A stretch of DNA of 64,000 nucleotides from Candidatus Latescibacterota bacterium (GCA_965248265.1 CBDFJF010000002.1:3616001-3680000), one strand, 5' to 3'. Shown: positions 40,887 to 50,890, counted from the first letter of the stretch. Made by a program: numbers and translations. Notes: generated from the sequence alone by a model not told the origin.

Positions 40887-42104
40887 TTAAACCCTGGCCG
40901 TGACTTCGGCGTAGATACGGTCGGTCGCCTCTGCGGCAGCCTCCCATGTCCATCCCGATGTCTCGACACGCTCGCGCGCCGCCTTACCCATAGCCAGGAG
41001 CCGGTCTTTATCTCCCATCAGATCACGAATGGCCTCGGACAACCCGGCGCTGTCACCGGCGGCGACCAGGCGTCCGGTGATGCCGTCGGTGACGAGTTCA
41101 GGCACCCCTCCGACGCGGGAGGCGATTACGGGTCGCCCGCACGCCATAGCTTCAAGTACCACATTCGGACGCCCCTCGGAATGACTGGGCAGCACCAGCA
41201 GATCAGCCGCGTTAAGCCAATCAACCATCTCTTCACGAGGGCGTTGTCCGGCAAAGTGGACTCTTCTCAAGATCCCCCTTTCCCGAACCTGTTGCTCCAG
41301 CGACTCGCGCAGTGGGCCACCCCCGACCAGTACACACAACAGTTCCGGATCCTCTATCGTCTCGACCGCATTTAGCAGATTATCAACCCCCTTTACGGGG
41401 GCCAGCAAACCCAGAAACAGCACGATGAATCGGGCCTCCGGCAGGTCGAGCTTCAACCTCGCAGCCTCCTTCTCAAGCGGTCGGAATTCCTCTCCGACCC
41501 CATTGTAAACGACTCGAATCTTGGTGCTTTCGACCCCATGGGATTCCAACACACGCGCCAGGTCCTCGCTGACCGCAATGATGACATCCATCGAGCGCCA
41601 GATTCTACGACTTACCATCCCCATCAAACCACTGCTGAACAAGTGCACATCGCTGCCACGCACACTCAACACCACTGGCCGGCGGCAAACACGCGTCGCC
41701 AAGTATCCAATCAGCCCACAGATGGTCCAGTGACAATGGACGATCTGGGAGCGGCCAATTATCCGCAACGCGCGCAATAGGAAGCCCATCAGAAAGAACG
41801 GCACCAGTATTCGTGCCCAGAGACTGGATTTCAGATTGCTTGGGATACCGCCACCATATGCAAGGAGTTCGAGCCGGGCCGGCATTGCGTAGCGGAAACG
41901 CCGCACGACCACATCTCCCATCTGCTCCTGCACCGCCACTCCACTCGCGTGCGGCGCGATTACTTCCACTCCGAGACCACGCCGCGTGAGGTGTACGGCG
42001 AGGTCGAATATGAAACTGCCGAAAAGGTCGCCCCTGTAACGGGGAAACCCGGACGTCAACATGCACACCTTCAACCCGGCGTCGCCGACCTTGGGCATCG
42101 CCAC
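40887..42104 (-). CDS. GT4 glycosyltransferase
   Basis: MLTSGFPR, VYNGV, KGVDNLL, LPSHSEGRPNVVLEAMACGRPVIASRVGG. Confidence 0.92.
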   Translation of the reverse strand: MAMPKVGDAGLKVCMLTSGFPRYRGDLFGSFIFDLAVHLTRRGLGVEVIAPHASGVAVQEQMGDVVVRRFRYAMPARLELLAYGGGIPSNLKSSLWARILVPFFLMGFLLRALRIIGRSQIVHCHWTICGLIGYLATRVCRRPVVLSVRGSDVHLFSSGLMGMVSRRIWRSMDVIIAVSEDLARVLESHGVESTKIRVVYNGVGEEFRPLEKEAARLKLDLPEARFIVLFLGLLAPVKGVDNLLNAVETIEDPELLCVLVGGGPLRESLEQQVRERGILRRVHFAGQRPREEMVDWLNAADLLVLPSHSEGRPNVVLEAMACGRPVIASRVGGVPELVTDGITGRLVAAGDSAGLSEAIRDLMGDKDRLLAMGKAARERVETSGWTWEAAAEATDRIYAEVTARV

Positions 42105-42106
42105 TC

Positions 42107-43051
42107 TTACTCGCTCTCCTGCATGTCATACAGTATGGCGAACAGAAGGAACTGAAGCCCCATCATTATCATCAGCGCGCAGACAACGGACCGTGGGCCG
42201 GAAACCCCGACACCCGTCCACTGCTGATAGATCAGGAAGCCGCCAAATATCACGCCCAACGGCAGAAAAATCAGGCCGAACAAATAGAAGAAATACAGAG
42301 GGTGAAAATCTCGCACCAGGTACTTCAGGTGGAGACGCCAGAAAAACCCCCTGATCATCATCGGGCTGACCCGAATGGCATAACGGAGTCCCTTGATCTG
42401 AGACTGCCGCTCCCCCTCGAGATAGATGGCCCGTCGCGGGATGTCCCTGACCCGCATTCCGTAGGCATTCAAGCGCACGAGGAAATCCATGGGATAACCA
42501 TATCCCTTCCAAGCGCTGTCCCAATCCACGAGATCGATGGCGCGTTTGGAGATGGCCGTGAACCCATCGACGACGTCGTAGATTTTGTAGAACCCGGACG
42601 CGACCTTCGTCATCAGCGAGATCAAGGCGTTGCCGAAAAACCGAGTCCAGGGCATGTCATCCAGACCCGTGTCAGGCATCAAAAAGCGGTTCCCCTTGGT
42701 GTAATCAGCCTGGCCGTCGATGACCGGGTCGACCAGATCGGCGATCGCCTCCAATGGCATCTGGTGATCGCCCCCGGCAACGACGGTGACATCGCAATTC
42801 TCTTTACTCGCCTGGCGATAACCAGTGATGATGGCCTGCCCGACTCCGCGATTGGTACCGTGTTCGATCAACTCAATGCGCGCGTCTATCCTGGCAAGTC
42901 CTCTGACAACATCACACGTGGTGTCGCTGCTGCCGTCATCGACAACGAAGATGCGGTCCACGTAGTCGGGCACCGATTCCAGCGTCGGCGTGATCAGGCG
43001 CTCTTCGTTGTGAGCGGGAATGGCCAGGGCGATTTTCTTGTCTCGGTACAC
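42107..43051 (-). CDS. GT2 glycosyltransferase, DPM1/GtrB-like polyprenyl-phosphate sugar synthase
   Basis: IPAHNEE, VVDDGSSD, NRGVGQA, GGDHQMP, KGNRF, two C-terminal TM helices. Confidence 0.88.
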   Translation of the reverse strand: MYRDKKIALAIPAHNEERLITPTLESVPDYVDRIFVVDDGSSDTTCDVVRGLARIDARIELIEHGTNRGVGQAIITGYRQASKENCDVTVVAGGDHQMPLEAIADLVDPVIDGQADYTKGNRFLMPDTGLDDMPWTRFFGNALISLMTKVASGFYKIYDVVDGFTAISKRAIDLVDWDSAWKGYGYPMDFLVRLNAYGMRVRDIPRRAIYLEGERQSQIKGLRYAIRVSPMMIRGFFWRLHLKYLVRDFHPLYFFYLFGLIFLPLGVIFGGFLIYQQWTGVGVSGPRSVVCALMIMMGLQFLLFAILYDMQESE

Positions 43052-43104
43052 GTATTCGATCCTTGTTTCTGTGGTGTGGAGATAAATACTCCGCTCTCTT
43101 CTCC

Positions 43105-44130
43105 CTACACTTCCACGCTCTCGCCGCCTTGTTTCAGCGACTGACTGGCAGCCTCCAGCACCCGCACGACGCGCAACCCATTCTCGCCATCGGTGGTGGC
43201 TCGTTCTCCGCTCCCAACACAGCGGATGAAATGATCGCACTCACGCCTCAACGGCTCGCGGAAATCGATCCTCGGAATCAACACGTCGCCAGCTCGTTGC
43301 GTCAGCTGGAACTTGCCAAATGAATCGAACTCTCCCAACGAACCATCGATGTGCTCCCGGTCGATACCTTTGTCGAAGATCTGGATCTTGGCTTCAGTGC
43401 TGACATCGTCATACACGATCATCTTGCTGCTGCCGACGACGGTGGTGCGGCGAACCTTGCTCGGGTCCAGCCAGCTGACATGGATGTGAACGGTTACCCC
43501 GTCGGCAAACTCGAGCGTCAAGTAGACGACATCCTCGATGCCTTCCTGCAAATAGGTGTACCCGCGCGCGTTGACGGCGCGAGGCATCTGCTTCAACCAG
43601 CGCAGGGCGATCGAAACATCGTGAGGGGCCAGGTTCCACATGGCGTTCACATCCTGCCGTACCACTCCCAGATTGAGCCGCTGACTGTAGATGTAGTAGA
43701 CCTCTCCGAGCGCGCTTTCCTCGATCATGGTTTCGACGTACTCGACAGCGGCATTGAATTCGAAGGTATGGCCGACCATCAACACCAAATCCTGCCGCTG
43801 CGCCAGATCGATAAGCGCCTGACACTCTGACACCGTGCGGGCAAGCGGCTTCTCCACGAAGGCGCTCTTACCACCCTGCAGACATGCGCTTGCCAATTCG
43901 TAGTGGCTACCCGCGGGTGTTGCTATCGCTATGGCGTCGATATCGTCGTTACGCAGCAGGTCCTCCACTCGATTGACGCGCTTCGCCAGCGGATAACCAC
44001 GCTCGATTACGGCCAATCTCTCCTGTGACTGATCGCACACGGCAACCAATGAGCAGTCATCGGCGGCAGCGAAGTTGCGAATCAGATTAGGACCCCAGTA
44101 GCCTGCACCTATGACGCCGATGCCAATCAT
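43105..44130 (-). CDS. Gfo/Idh/MocA-family oxidoreductase (probably nucleotide-sugar dehydrogenase)
   Basis: GVIGAGYWG, IATP, FVEKPLA, MVGH, WNLAPHD, SWLDPSKVR. Confidence 0.92.
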   Translation of the reverse strand: MIGIGVIGAGYWGPNLIRNFAAADDCSLVAVCDQSQERLAVIERGYPLAKRVNRVEDLLRNDDIDAIAIATPAGSHYELASACLQGGKSAFVEKPLARTVSECQALIDLAQRQDLVLMVGHTFEFNAAVEYVETMIEESALGEVYYIYSQRLNLGVVRQDVNAMWNLAPHDVSIALRWLKQMPRAVNARGYTYLQEGIEDVVYLTLEFADGVTVHIHVSWLDPSKVRRTTVVGSSKMIVYDDVSTEAKIQIFDKGIDREHIDGSLGEFDSFGKFQLTQRAGDVLIPRIDFREPLRRECDHFIRCVGSGERATTDGENGLRVVRVLEAASQSLKQGGESVEV

Positions 44131-44158
44131 GAACGATCTCCCGAGTTCATATGTCGCT

Positions 44159-45229
44159 CTACCGCTTCCCAAGAGCCCGCCAACCGATCCCATCACGGCT
44201 GACGATCTCGACTCCCTGCAGATCAGCTGCGCGGAACCACTCTTCGACGTCATCACACGAAAAGTACGCCGTCAGGGGCACCGAAAGCCGGTCAAACCAG
44301 TCGGCGTGTCCTACACGCAATGGCAGGTCGGCGTAGCGCGTGAACGGTAGCTCTCGAGCAACGCTCCCCAGGCCGGGAATCGCCCGCAGGATCTTGTACG
44401 GTAGCGAAAAAACCAAATGACAAAGCAGATTCAGCACGTAGGTGGCACGGTACAGAATTCCCATCGGAGTCCGCGTGGTGATGTGACGCATTGCATCGAC
44501 AAGGCGATACAGCCCCTGTCGCTTGCCATACACCCATACGAACAACTCGCCGGCCTCGTTCAATAACGTCGACAGTGAACGAAAGCTGGCTGCAGGGTCC
44601 GGGGTATGCTGGATAACGCCGACACAGTAGATGAGGTCGAAGGCAGGACGCAGAGGAGGGCTGTAGAGATCACCCTGTATTACGTGCACATCCTCGAGCT
44701 TGCGGGTGTTGGTGAAGGCGGCGTTCACTGCTTCACTCAGATCCATCGCGACAACCTCGGCACCGAACTTCTCTGAATAGTAGGCGTGCCGGCCGAAGCC
44801 ACAGCCAGCGTCCAACACGAGACGGCCACGAAACTCGGTGGGCTCGATCAAGGGCTCGAAATAACTGCGGAAGTTGTCTTCCCAATGGGTGTACATCTCT
44901 GAAAACGTGTTCCACTGAAAACTGAAGCTGCTCAGTGTTCTCTTTTTCGCATCCCCCACGGTTTCAACGATTTCAGCGCCTGCCTGCTGCAAACGGGAGG
45001 CGTAGCGGTCGTAGACCTCTGGGTGGTAGTCACGCAGTGCCTGTGAGAGCAATTGCGGCAACAACAGCCGGGGCACTCCACAGATGATGGGATAGAAATG
45101 GCCCTTGTCACAGGCGAGCTCGCCGTCGATGATCTCACCATCCTCATCCTGCACCACACACTCTGGCACCAGAGTCACGGCATGCTTGCAAGCAGGGCAC
45201 GCGAGAATGTCCAGCAAGCGGTGCTTCAT
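44159..45229 (-). CDS. Trm112-like domain fused to class I SAM methyltransferase
   Basis: LLDILACPACK..GELAC..YPIICGVPRLL, then SFSFQW, VLDAGCGFGR, GVIQHTPD. Confidence 0.88.
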   Translation of the reverse strand: MKHRLLDILACPACKHAVTLVPECVVQDEDGEIIDGELACDKGHFYPIICGVPRLLLPQLLSQALRDYHPEVYDRYASRLQQAGAEIVETVGDAKKRTLSSFSFQWNTFSEMYTHWEDNFRSYFEPLIEPTEFRGRLVLDAGCGFGRHAYYSEKFGAEVVAMDLSEAVNAAFTNTRKLEDVHVIQGDLYSPPLRPAFDLIYCVGVIQHTPDPAASFRSLSTLLNEAGELFVWVYGKRQGLYRLVDAMRHITTRTPMGILYRATYVLNLLCHLVFSLPYKILRAIPGLGSVARELPFTRYADLPLRVGHADWFDRLSVPLTAYFSCDDVEEWFRAADLQGVEIVSRDGIGWRALGKR

Positions 45230-46008
45230 CGTCGTCGAGCGCTGATGATGACGCCCCTCCCCCATGACCACCTCGAGAACAGTTCATCGAACCGCAACAC
45301 ACACGCAACGGTTTCAACCAGAGCCCGATTTCCAGCAGCCCTGGTATCCAACCCGCCGTCCACTGCTGCCTTGTCCTTTGATGAGGCCCGATGGATCCAC
45401 GGGGCGAAGAGGAAACGGTGATAGAGCCGCCCCAGCGGGAACCCCCACGTGGTTACTTGATCTACATCGAAACCGTTGCTCTCGAACAAGCCGACAAACT
45501 CCTCACGCCGATAGCGCTTCACATGGCCGGCCCATTCATCGCTGGCATCCCACAGCTTTGGGTTCAACGGCACGCTGGCAACGCAGGCGGCACCGGGACG
45601 CAATACTCTATGAAGCTCTCTCACTGCCATCACGTCACCGCCATGGTCTTCGGTGACATGCTCGAGGACCTCGCCAGAGACTCCGCCGTCGAAGCTCTCA
45701 TCTTCAAACGGCAACTCCGTGACCGAGCTTTGCTGTACGGTGAGCCGACTCTCGTTGCCGAAGCGCGATATTTTGTGGTTGACCAATTCGACGAAGGCCT
45801 CCGACAGTTCGACTGCATGCACGCGATATCCGGCTTTGCACATATCGAAAGAGAAACTGCCACTGCCGCAACCGGCGTCGACGACGACGCCCGTCTCCAA
45901 CTTGGGCCGCAGCAACCGCATCATGATGCGCTCGCGAAACAGATGCACCGGGCCCCGGATCTCACGCTCGCCCCAGGGTGTCGGGTTGATGACAGTGGCC
46001 TGGCTCAC
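45226..46008 (-). CDS. Class I SAM-dependent methyltransferase
   Basis: VVDAGCGSG, LPFEDESFD, EVLEHV, LRPG, SVP..W..SDEWAGHVKRY. Confidence 0.88.
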   Translation of the reverse strand: MSQATVINPTPWGEREIRGPVHLFRERIMMRLLRPKLETGVVVDAGCGSGSFSFDMCKAGYRVHAVELSEAFVELVNHKISRFGNESRLTVQQSSVTELPFEDESFDGGVSGEVLEHVTEDHGGDVMAVRELHRVLRPGAACVASVPLNPKLWDASDEWAGHVKRYRREEFVGLFESNGFDVDQVTTWGFPLGRLYHRFLFAPWIHRASSKDKAAVDGGLDTRAAGNRALVETVACVLRFDELFSRWSWGRGVIISARRR

Positions 46009-47174
46009 GCGGCAGCCACTTCCAGCGAATTCGCCAGCGTGCGACCGACCGCCTCCGGGCTTCCGTGTTGCCGATAGCATTCATACCCATTGTCGGCAAG
46101 CCTCGACGCCAGGCCGGACTCATCTCTCAGCCGCAGCAAGGCGCCAGCGAGTGACTGCCCCTCGGGGGCGCACAACAGCGCCGACTCATCATGCACGAGC
46201 AACTCGCGCACGGCTGGGGAATCCCGCGTGATGACAGGCTTCCGCATGGCCAGCGCATCGAACACCTTGTATGGGATAACCCGGGCAGCCTTCGGAGTGC
46301 TTCCAAAGATTCCAAGGCACACCTGTGCGCGTTCGATGTGGGCGATCAGCTCATCGGTCGCCACCCAGCGATCGATGAAGACGACGTTGTTGACGTCCCG
46401 GCGCTTCGCATCCTGTCTGATCTGCGGAAACAGTTGACCGGTGCCGATCAGGGTAATACTGATATCCTTCTCCTGTGAAAGCAGATCGGCGGCGTCCACG
46501 ATCACCTCGATTCCATGTAGGGGCACATAGGTGCCGAAGAAGAGCGCTTCGAATGCAGGCAGGTCAGCTCCCGCCTCGGCAAGGCCCCTCGGCTTGAACT
46601 CATCGTCATCTTCGCCCACGAAGGAGCGGACGAACTTGTGTCTGGGCAGTCCGAACAGCTCCGCATAGTGTTTGCCATGCGCATCGGTATCGACGAGGAC
46701 GACATCCGCGGCCGCGAAGGAGATCCGGTCCAGCGCTTTGAGCAGTTTCCCCTTCCAGGATGAGGCAGACGCCTGGGCACGATCAAGGACCGCCGTGTCA
46801 TACAGCGAGATGAATGCCACGAGAGCGATACGCCGGCGACGACGCCAGTTCAATGCGCGCGCGACCAGGACGTCGACGTAGCCGGGATATCCCACGGCAA
46901 CCCACTGATGGTCCTTCGCAAGCAAATACTTGATCAGCAGGCGTCCGTAGCACCACGGCAACCGCCAGCACAACGACAACAGCGCGCTCAGCTTGAGATG
47001 GGTGAACAGCTCGTGTAGAAATCCTCCCCACAATTCCTGACGGCACTCGTCGACGGCGATCCCGGCACGCTGCAACCCCTTCAGGATGACCCGGTTTACC
47101 GGATATCCTTGTGCCGTCGTATAGGTGCCGAAGAAACAGATCCGCCTTGCCCGAACTCGATCGCCCATGCTCAC
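46005..47174 (-). CDS. GT4 glycosyltransferase
   Basis: AADVVLVDT, LFFGTYVPLHG, CLGIFG..KAARVIPYKVFDALAMRKPVIT. Confidence 0.88.
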   Translation of the reverse strand: MSMGDRVRARRICFFGTYTTAQGYPVNRVILKGLQRAGIAVDECRQELWGGFLHELFTHLKLSALLSLCWRLPWCYGRLLIKYLLAKDHQWVAVGYPGYVDVLVARALNWRRRRRIALVAFISLYDTAVLDRAQASASSWKGKLLKALDRISFAAADVVLVDTDAHGKHYAELFGLPRHKFVRSFVGEDDDEFKPRGLAEAGADLPAFEALFFGTYVPLHGIEVIVDAADLLSQEKDISITLIGTGQLFPQIRQDAKRRDVNNVVFIDRWVATDELIAHIERAQVCLGIFGSTPKAARVIPYKVFDALAMRKPVITRDSPAVRELLVHDESALLCAPEGQSLAGALLRLRDESGLASRLADNGYECYRQHGSPEAVGRTLANSLEVAAA

Positions 47175-48143
47175 TCAGACGTCTTCGGTGCGCTCGAAAC
47201 GCATTTGCGCAATTTGCTCGGCCACCAGGCCCATCATGAACACGATCACGGCAGTCGTGAACAGGAGCATGGACATGTTGGTGAAACGGTGTGCGGTGGT
47301 GAAGGTGTAGATGTAGTAGCCCATCCCCATCAATGAGAGGTACACACTCACGGGCAGGAAAATCTTGAACGGTGAAAACAGCATACAAATCTTCATGATC
47401 ACGAGGAGAAACTTGGCGCCATCGGAGAACAGACTGATCTTGCTCTTGCCTGCTCTGGGAGCAACCTCGATAGGCATGTAGTGGACGCTGTAGCCACCCC
47501 GCATCAGGCACAGCGTGGACGTCGTTGGATAGGAAAACCCATTCGGGAGCAGCCCTGCAAAACGGCGCACGACATCTCTCCTGAAGGCTCTGAAGCCGGA
47601 AGTCAGATCACCGACCGAGCGCCCGGTGACGTAGCTGGCAAACTGATTGTAGACCCAGTTCGCCATGCGGCGGTGGAGTCCAGCCTGCGACTGGCCGCTG
47701 CGTGCACCGACCACCATATCATAGCGCTGACAGGCCTTCAGGAATTGCGGGATGTAGGCGGGGTCATGCTGGCCATCAGCGTCCATCATCACCAGCACCT
47801 CACCACGGGCATGGCGGATTCCCGTTTTGATGGAAGCGCCGTTTCCCATGTTGTACGGGTGTTGCCTCAGCGTCACCGGGAGCTGGGCCGACGCAATGGC
47901 TTCGGCGATGAAATCGGCGATGACATCGGCCGTGGCATCGGTGGAACCGTCATCGACGACGATGACCTCGTAGCGATCTCGCAAGTCGACGATCTGCTCG
48001 AGTTGCTCGAAAAGGCGCTCCAATACCTGCCGGATCGATTCAGCTTCGTTGTACACCGGAATGATCACACTCAGCGCAGTGGCCTGCTCGCCTGCGCCAG
48101 CTGAAGATTCTTCCTGTGCTTCCGCAACCAATTCAGTTGCCAC
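47175..48143 (-). CDS. GT2 glycosyltransferase, DPM1/GtrB-like polyprenyl-phosphate sugar synthase
   Basis: SVIIPVYNE, VVDDGSTD, NMGNGAS, MDADGQH, VVGAR, DLTSGFRAF, RAGKSK, two C-terminal TMs; AGGAGG RBS before GTG 48143. Confidence 0.9.
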   Translation of the reverse strand: MATELVAEAQEESSAGAGEQATALSVIIPVYNEAESIRQVLERLFEQLEQIVDLRDRYEVIVVDDGSTDATADVIADFIAEAIASAQLPVTLRQHPYNMGNGASIKTGIRHARGEVLVMMDADGQHDPAYIPQFLKACQRYDMVVGARSGQSQAGLHRRMANWVYNQFASYVTGRSVGDLTSGFRAFRRDVVRRFAGLLPNGFSYPTTSTLCLMRGGYSVHYMPIEVAPRAGKSKISLFSDGAKFLLVIMKICMLFSPFKIFLPVSVYLSLMGMGYYIYTFTTAHRFTNMSMLLFTTAVIVFMMGLVAEQIAQMRFERTEDV

Positions 48144-48777
48144 CCAGTACCTGCCTCCTGTCATCCCCGTGATCAGCGGGATCCCCGCCATCGGCGTGAT
48201 GCTCATGAGTGGATTCGATGTCTGCGAACAACGGTAGATCCCTCCGCAGCTGTGCTTCCACCTGACCGTGACAGGAAGGGCAGACGGAGACCAGGTAATC
48301 CAGTCTGTTGGCCTCGATGTTTGATTTGAAGCGGGTGTATGGAATGGTGTGATGGACGTGCAGTCTCTTACCGAGCTCTTCTTCCGTGACGCCGCAGACT
48401 CGGCAGGTATAACGATCACGCTCCCTGGCAGCTTTCGACTGTACACCCCAATTTGCCCCGCGCTGGCGCCAGCTCGCCGCCTTCGTGCTCACGAGCGTAC
48501 GGCGTTTGTCACCCTGCACATCCTCCCTCGCCCACTCGCGCCTGCACTCAGCGTTGCAGTAGTAGTTCTCAAGCTCCTGGGCAAGAAGCCATTGCGGCAC
48601 CTTCACGGGCGCTCCACAGTGGCGACAACGCGGCGCGGTTGCGACTGAAGAACCCGATGACCTGCGCCCCCGCTTCTTGCGGGACGCAGCAATACCTCTG
48701 AGCGCAGCCGATCCCCTATCCCCACTGAGCGGCAGACACAGCTGTGACCCCGCAGGATCATGTTGGGTGATGTCCAT
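48133..48777 (-). CDS. HNH endonuclease with N-terminal Cys4 zinc-binding motif
   Basis: CRHC..YYCNAEC; GANW..ARERDRYTCRVCG..LHVHHTIP..EANRLDYLVSVCPSCH. Confidence 0.85.
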   Translation of the reverse strand: MDITQHDPAGSQLCLPLSGDRGSAALRGIAASRKKRGRRSSGSSVATAPRCRHCGAPVKVPQWLLAQELENYYCNAECRREWAREDVQGDKRRTLVSTKAASWRQRGANWGVQSKAARERDRYTCRVCGVTEEELGKRLHVHHTIPYTRFKSNIEANRLDYLVSVCPSCHGQVEAQLRRDLPLFADIESTHEHHADGGDPADHGDDRRQVLGGN

Positions 48778-48947
48778 TATATAGATCCTGCCAGACACCG
48801 GAATCTCGAACAGGCGCTGGCACTACTTTGTATTAGGGAGTAACTCGTCGAGACCCTGTAACGGTGGGCTATAGGCTCATCGGGAGGGGAAATCGGTGGG
48901 AGGAATGTTTCCTAATGTACTGATTATCCAACGCATTAGGCAAGTTT

Positions 48948-49349
48948 TCATTGCTGGTCGGAAAGGATAAAGTCGACCTCAAGGGTGTCCCTGATGGCGA
49001 TCGCCTGCGCGATAATCTGGGCCCTTCTGGGACGGCCGTCTCCCGGGCTGGTCAGCAGGGCGACAGCCAGACCGTCCTGGGTCTCCTTGGAGTCCTCGAT
49101 CGTGCCAACGGTCGTAGCGAAAACGACGCGGGTGCTGTCAGCAACCGGCTGTCCCCCTCGTTTGATGGTCGCCCAGACCTCGGCGGTTGCCGTGCTGTCT
49201 TCGATGGAGATGCGATCTGGAAAAGCGGACAGTTCCAACGTCAGCAGTGACTCGTCGTCGGAAGACGAGGTTACCGAGAAGGCGCAACTCCAGGCCCATG
49301 TCAGGGCTGCCAGAGCGGCCATTGATGTCATGGAGAATCGGGTCATCAC
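48948..49349 (-). CDS. Small putative lipoprotein with invasin/Big_1-like Ig domain
   Basis: Hydrophobic leader ending AWSC; ATAEVWATI..GQPVADSTRVVFATTVG..TQDGLAVALLTS resembles Big_1. Confidence 0.6.
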   Translation of the reverse strand: MMTRFSMTSMAALAALTWAWSCAFSVTSSSDDESLLTLELSAFPDRISIEDSTATAEVWATIKRGGQPVADSTRVVFATTVGTIEDSKETQDGLAVALLTSPGDGRPRRAQIIAQAIAIRDTLEVDFILSDQQ

Positions 49350-49359
49350 TCACACACCA

Positions 49360-50883
49360 TTATTCACGGGCAAAATCCGGCGGAATCCAGGTAAACTGAG
49401 TCGCCATGGAAGCCAGTAGATTGCCAACCAGATTGTCCAGGGCCTTTTCGTGTACAGACTCTATTTCTGCCGCGGAGCGCCGTACCGTGATGTCGGGACG
49501 ATCCGCAGGCAACAACCTCATCCTTTTGCGGGCGTGCCCGGCAGCCGATACCTGTTGGGTAAAGGCTTCCATTTCGGTCTTGGTCGGGCTCGTGAACCAC
49601 ATCACCCGATAGCGCATCTCCAGAGACACGGCGGTCTCCGGAATCTCGAGGATATAGGGGATCTTGATCCCAGCAAACCTGTCAGTGTTGTAGCGTGACA
49701 CTTCTCCGGAAATGACCACGTCAACGCCGAGCTTGCGGCCCAGTTCGATGGCCTCTGGCGGGGAAAGCATGCCGTGGGTCCGCACCCCACTGAACAACTT
49801 CGGATCGACCACCTCGAGGCTGTCGTGTGGCGCCAGCAGGGTCTTTATCCTGTCGGTCAGTCGTTCACCGGCCCGATAATCCTCGAACCCTTCGAAATCC
49901 AGGATGGCAATCCTCAGGACCTGCTCGGGCTCGTATATGCGTTTGGGCTTTGGCACGGGCTGGTACAGGCTCATTCGGCTCTCCAAGCGGCGCCGACCGG
50001 TCAAATAGCCATGCATGCGGATTCCAAGGGTCGTGGCCGAATTGGTCGGATAATCTTGAAAGCCGAATTCCCTATTCATCTCCAATTCCAGGCCGCGGTA
50101 GATCTGCACCCGGGTGCCCAGCTTGAAAACGGTTTCCGCGCTCGACTGTTCGGACGTCACGACCCGCGTTTCGTACTCCGCATTCAGACTGTACCAGCGA
50201 TTGCGACGACCGTGTTCGAGTCCTATTCCGTAGACCAACTGCGACGGGACGTCAAGGTTGCCGGAGCGGAACAGACCACCGTTGAGGTACACCGAGACGG
50301 GCGAAAAGTGAAGGTCCATCAAAAACAGCAACCCGATATCGACCGCCTCGTTACTGAACGGCCTCACGCCGCCGACCTTGTCGATGCCGGTCTCCCCTTT
50401 GTACCCCAAAGGCAAACCGATGGACATCTGAAACGCCCGGTACACGCCTGACGGAATCTTCGACGGCGTCGCATACTTTATAGCCACCACTGGATCACTG
50501 GTCCCATACTTCGACAGGCCCGCCACCGAGTCCAGGAAAAACGGCACGGTCAAGCCGATATCGATGCTATTCGAAAACCCGTAGCCCAGACCGTACAGAC
50601 CGGTATAGGTACTGCCGTCGCCCAGCTCTGGAACAGAAATCCGCTGTGTTCGATTAACCGCCCGCAAACGGAAGCGCGACTTGCCCAGGGGCTCGGCACT
50701 GTGGACGAAATTCAGTCCCTGGCCGGCTGGCATGGCAAACGCCGAGTTCCTCGGTTGCTGAAGCAGACTCAGATCCTGAGCCTGGGTCCCCCCGGCAAGG
50801 CAACCGAGGGCGACGATGATCAGCAGCGGCACTGAACCGTAGCGCATTCGTTGGGCCGATTGGATGAGATCGGATAGACGCAT
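49360..50883 (-). CDS. Secreted/outer-membrane protein: predicted beta-barrel plus C-terminal CsgG/TolB-N-like domain
   Basis: Signal peptide ending TQA-Q, alternating amphipathic strands (YGLGYG, VYLNGG, YGIGLE, FKLGTRV), then RIAILDFE..AIELGRKLGVDVVISGEV. Confidence 0.55.
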   Translation of the reverse strand: MRLSDLIQSAQRMRYGSVPLLIIVALGCLAGGTQAQDLSLLQQPRNSAFAMPAGQGLNFVHSAEPLGKSRFRLRAVNRTQRISVPELGDGSTYTGLYGLGYGFSNSIDIGLTVPFFLDSVAGLSKYGTSDPVVAIKYATPSKIPSGVYRAFQMSIGLPLGYKGETGIDKVGGVRPFSNEAVDIGLLFLMDLHFSPVSVYLNGGLFRSGNLDVPSQLVYGIGLEHGRRNRWYSLNAEYETRVVTSEQSSAETVFKLGTRVQIYRGLELEMNREFGFQDYPTNSATTLGIRMHGYLTGRRRLESRMSLYQPVPKPKRIYEPEQVLRIAILDFEGFEDYRAGERLTDRIKTLLAPHDSLEVVDPKLFSGVRTHGMLSPPEAIELGRKLGVDVVISGEVSRYNTDRFAGIKIPYILEIPETAVSLEMRYRVMWFTSPTKTEMEAFTQQVSAAGHARKRMRLLPADRPDITVRRSAAEIESVHEKALDNLVGNLLASMATQFTWIPPDFARE

Positions 50884-50890
50884 GGCAAGA

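Noticed and set aside
47175-48446. Long N-terminal extensions in the ORF track (GT2s, lepA, asnB, TMTC copy 8, Gfo)
   Set aside because: They overlap upstream genes; downstream starts fit the RBS, coupling and family N-termini better.
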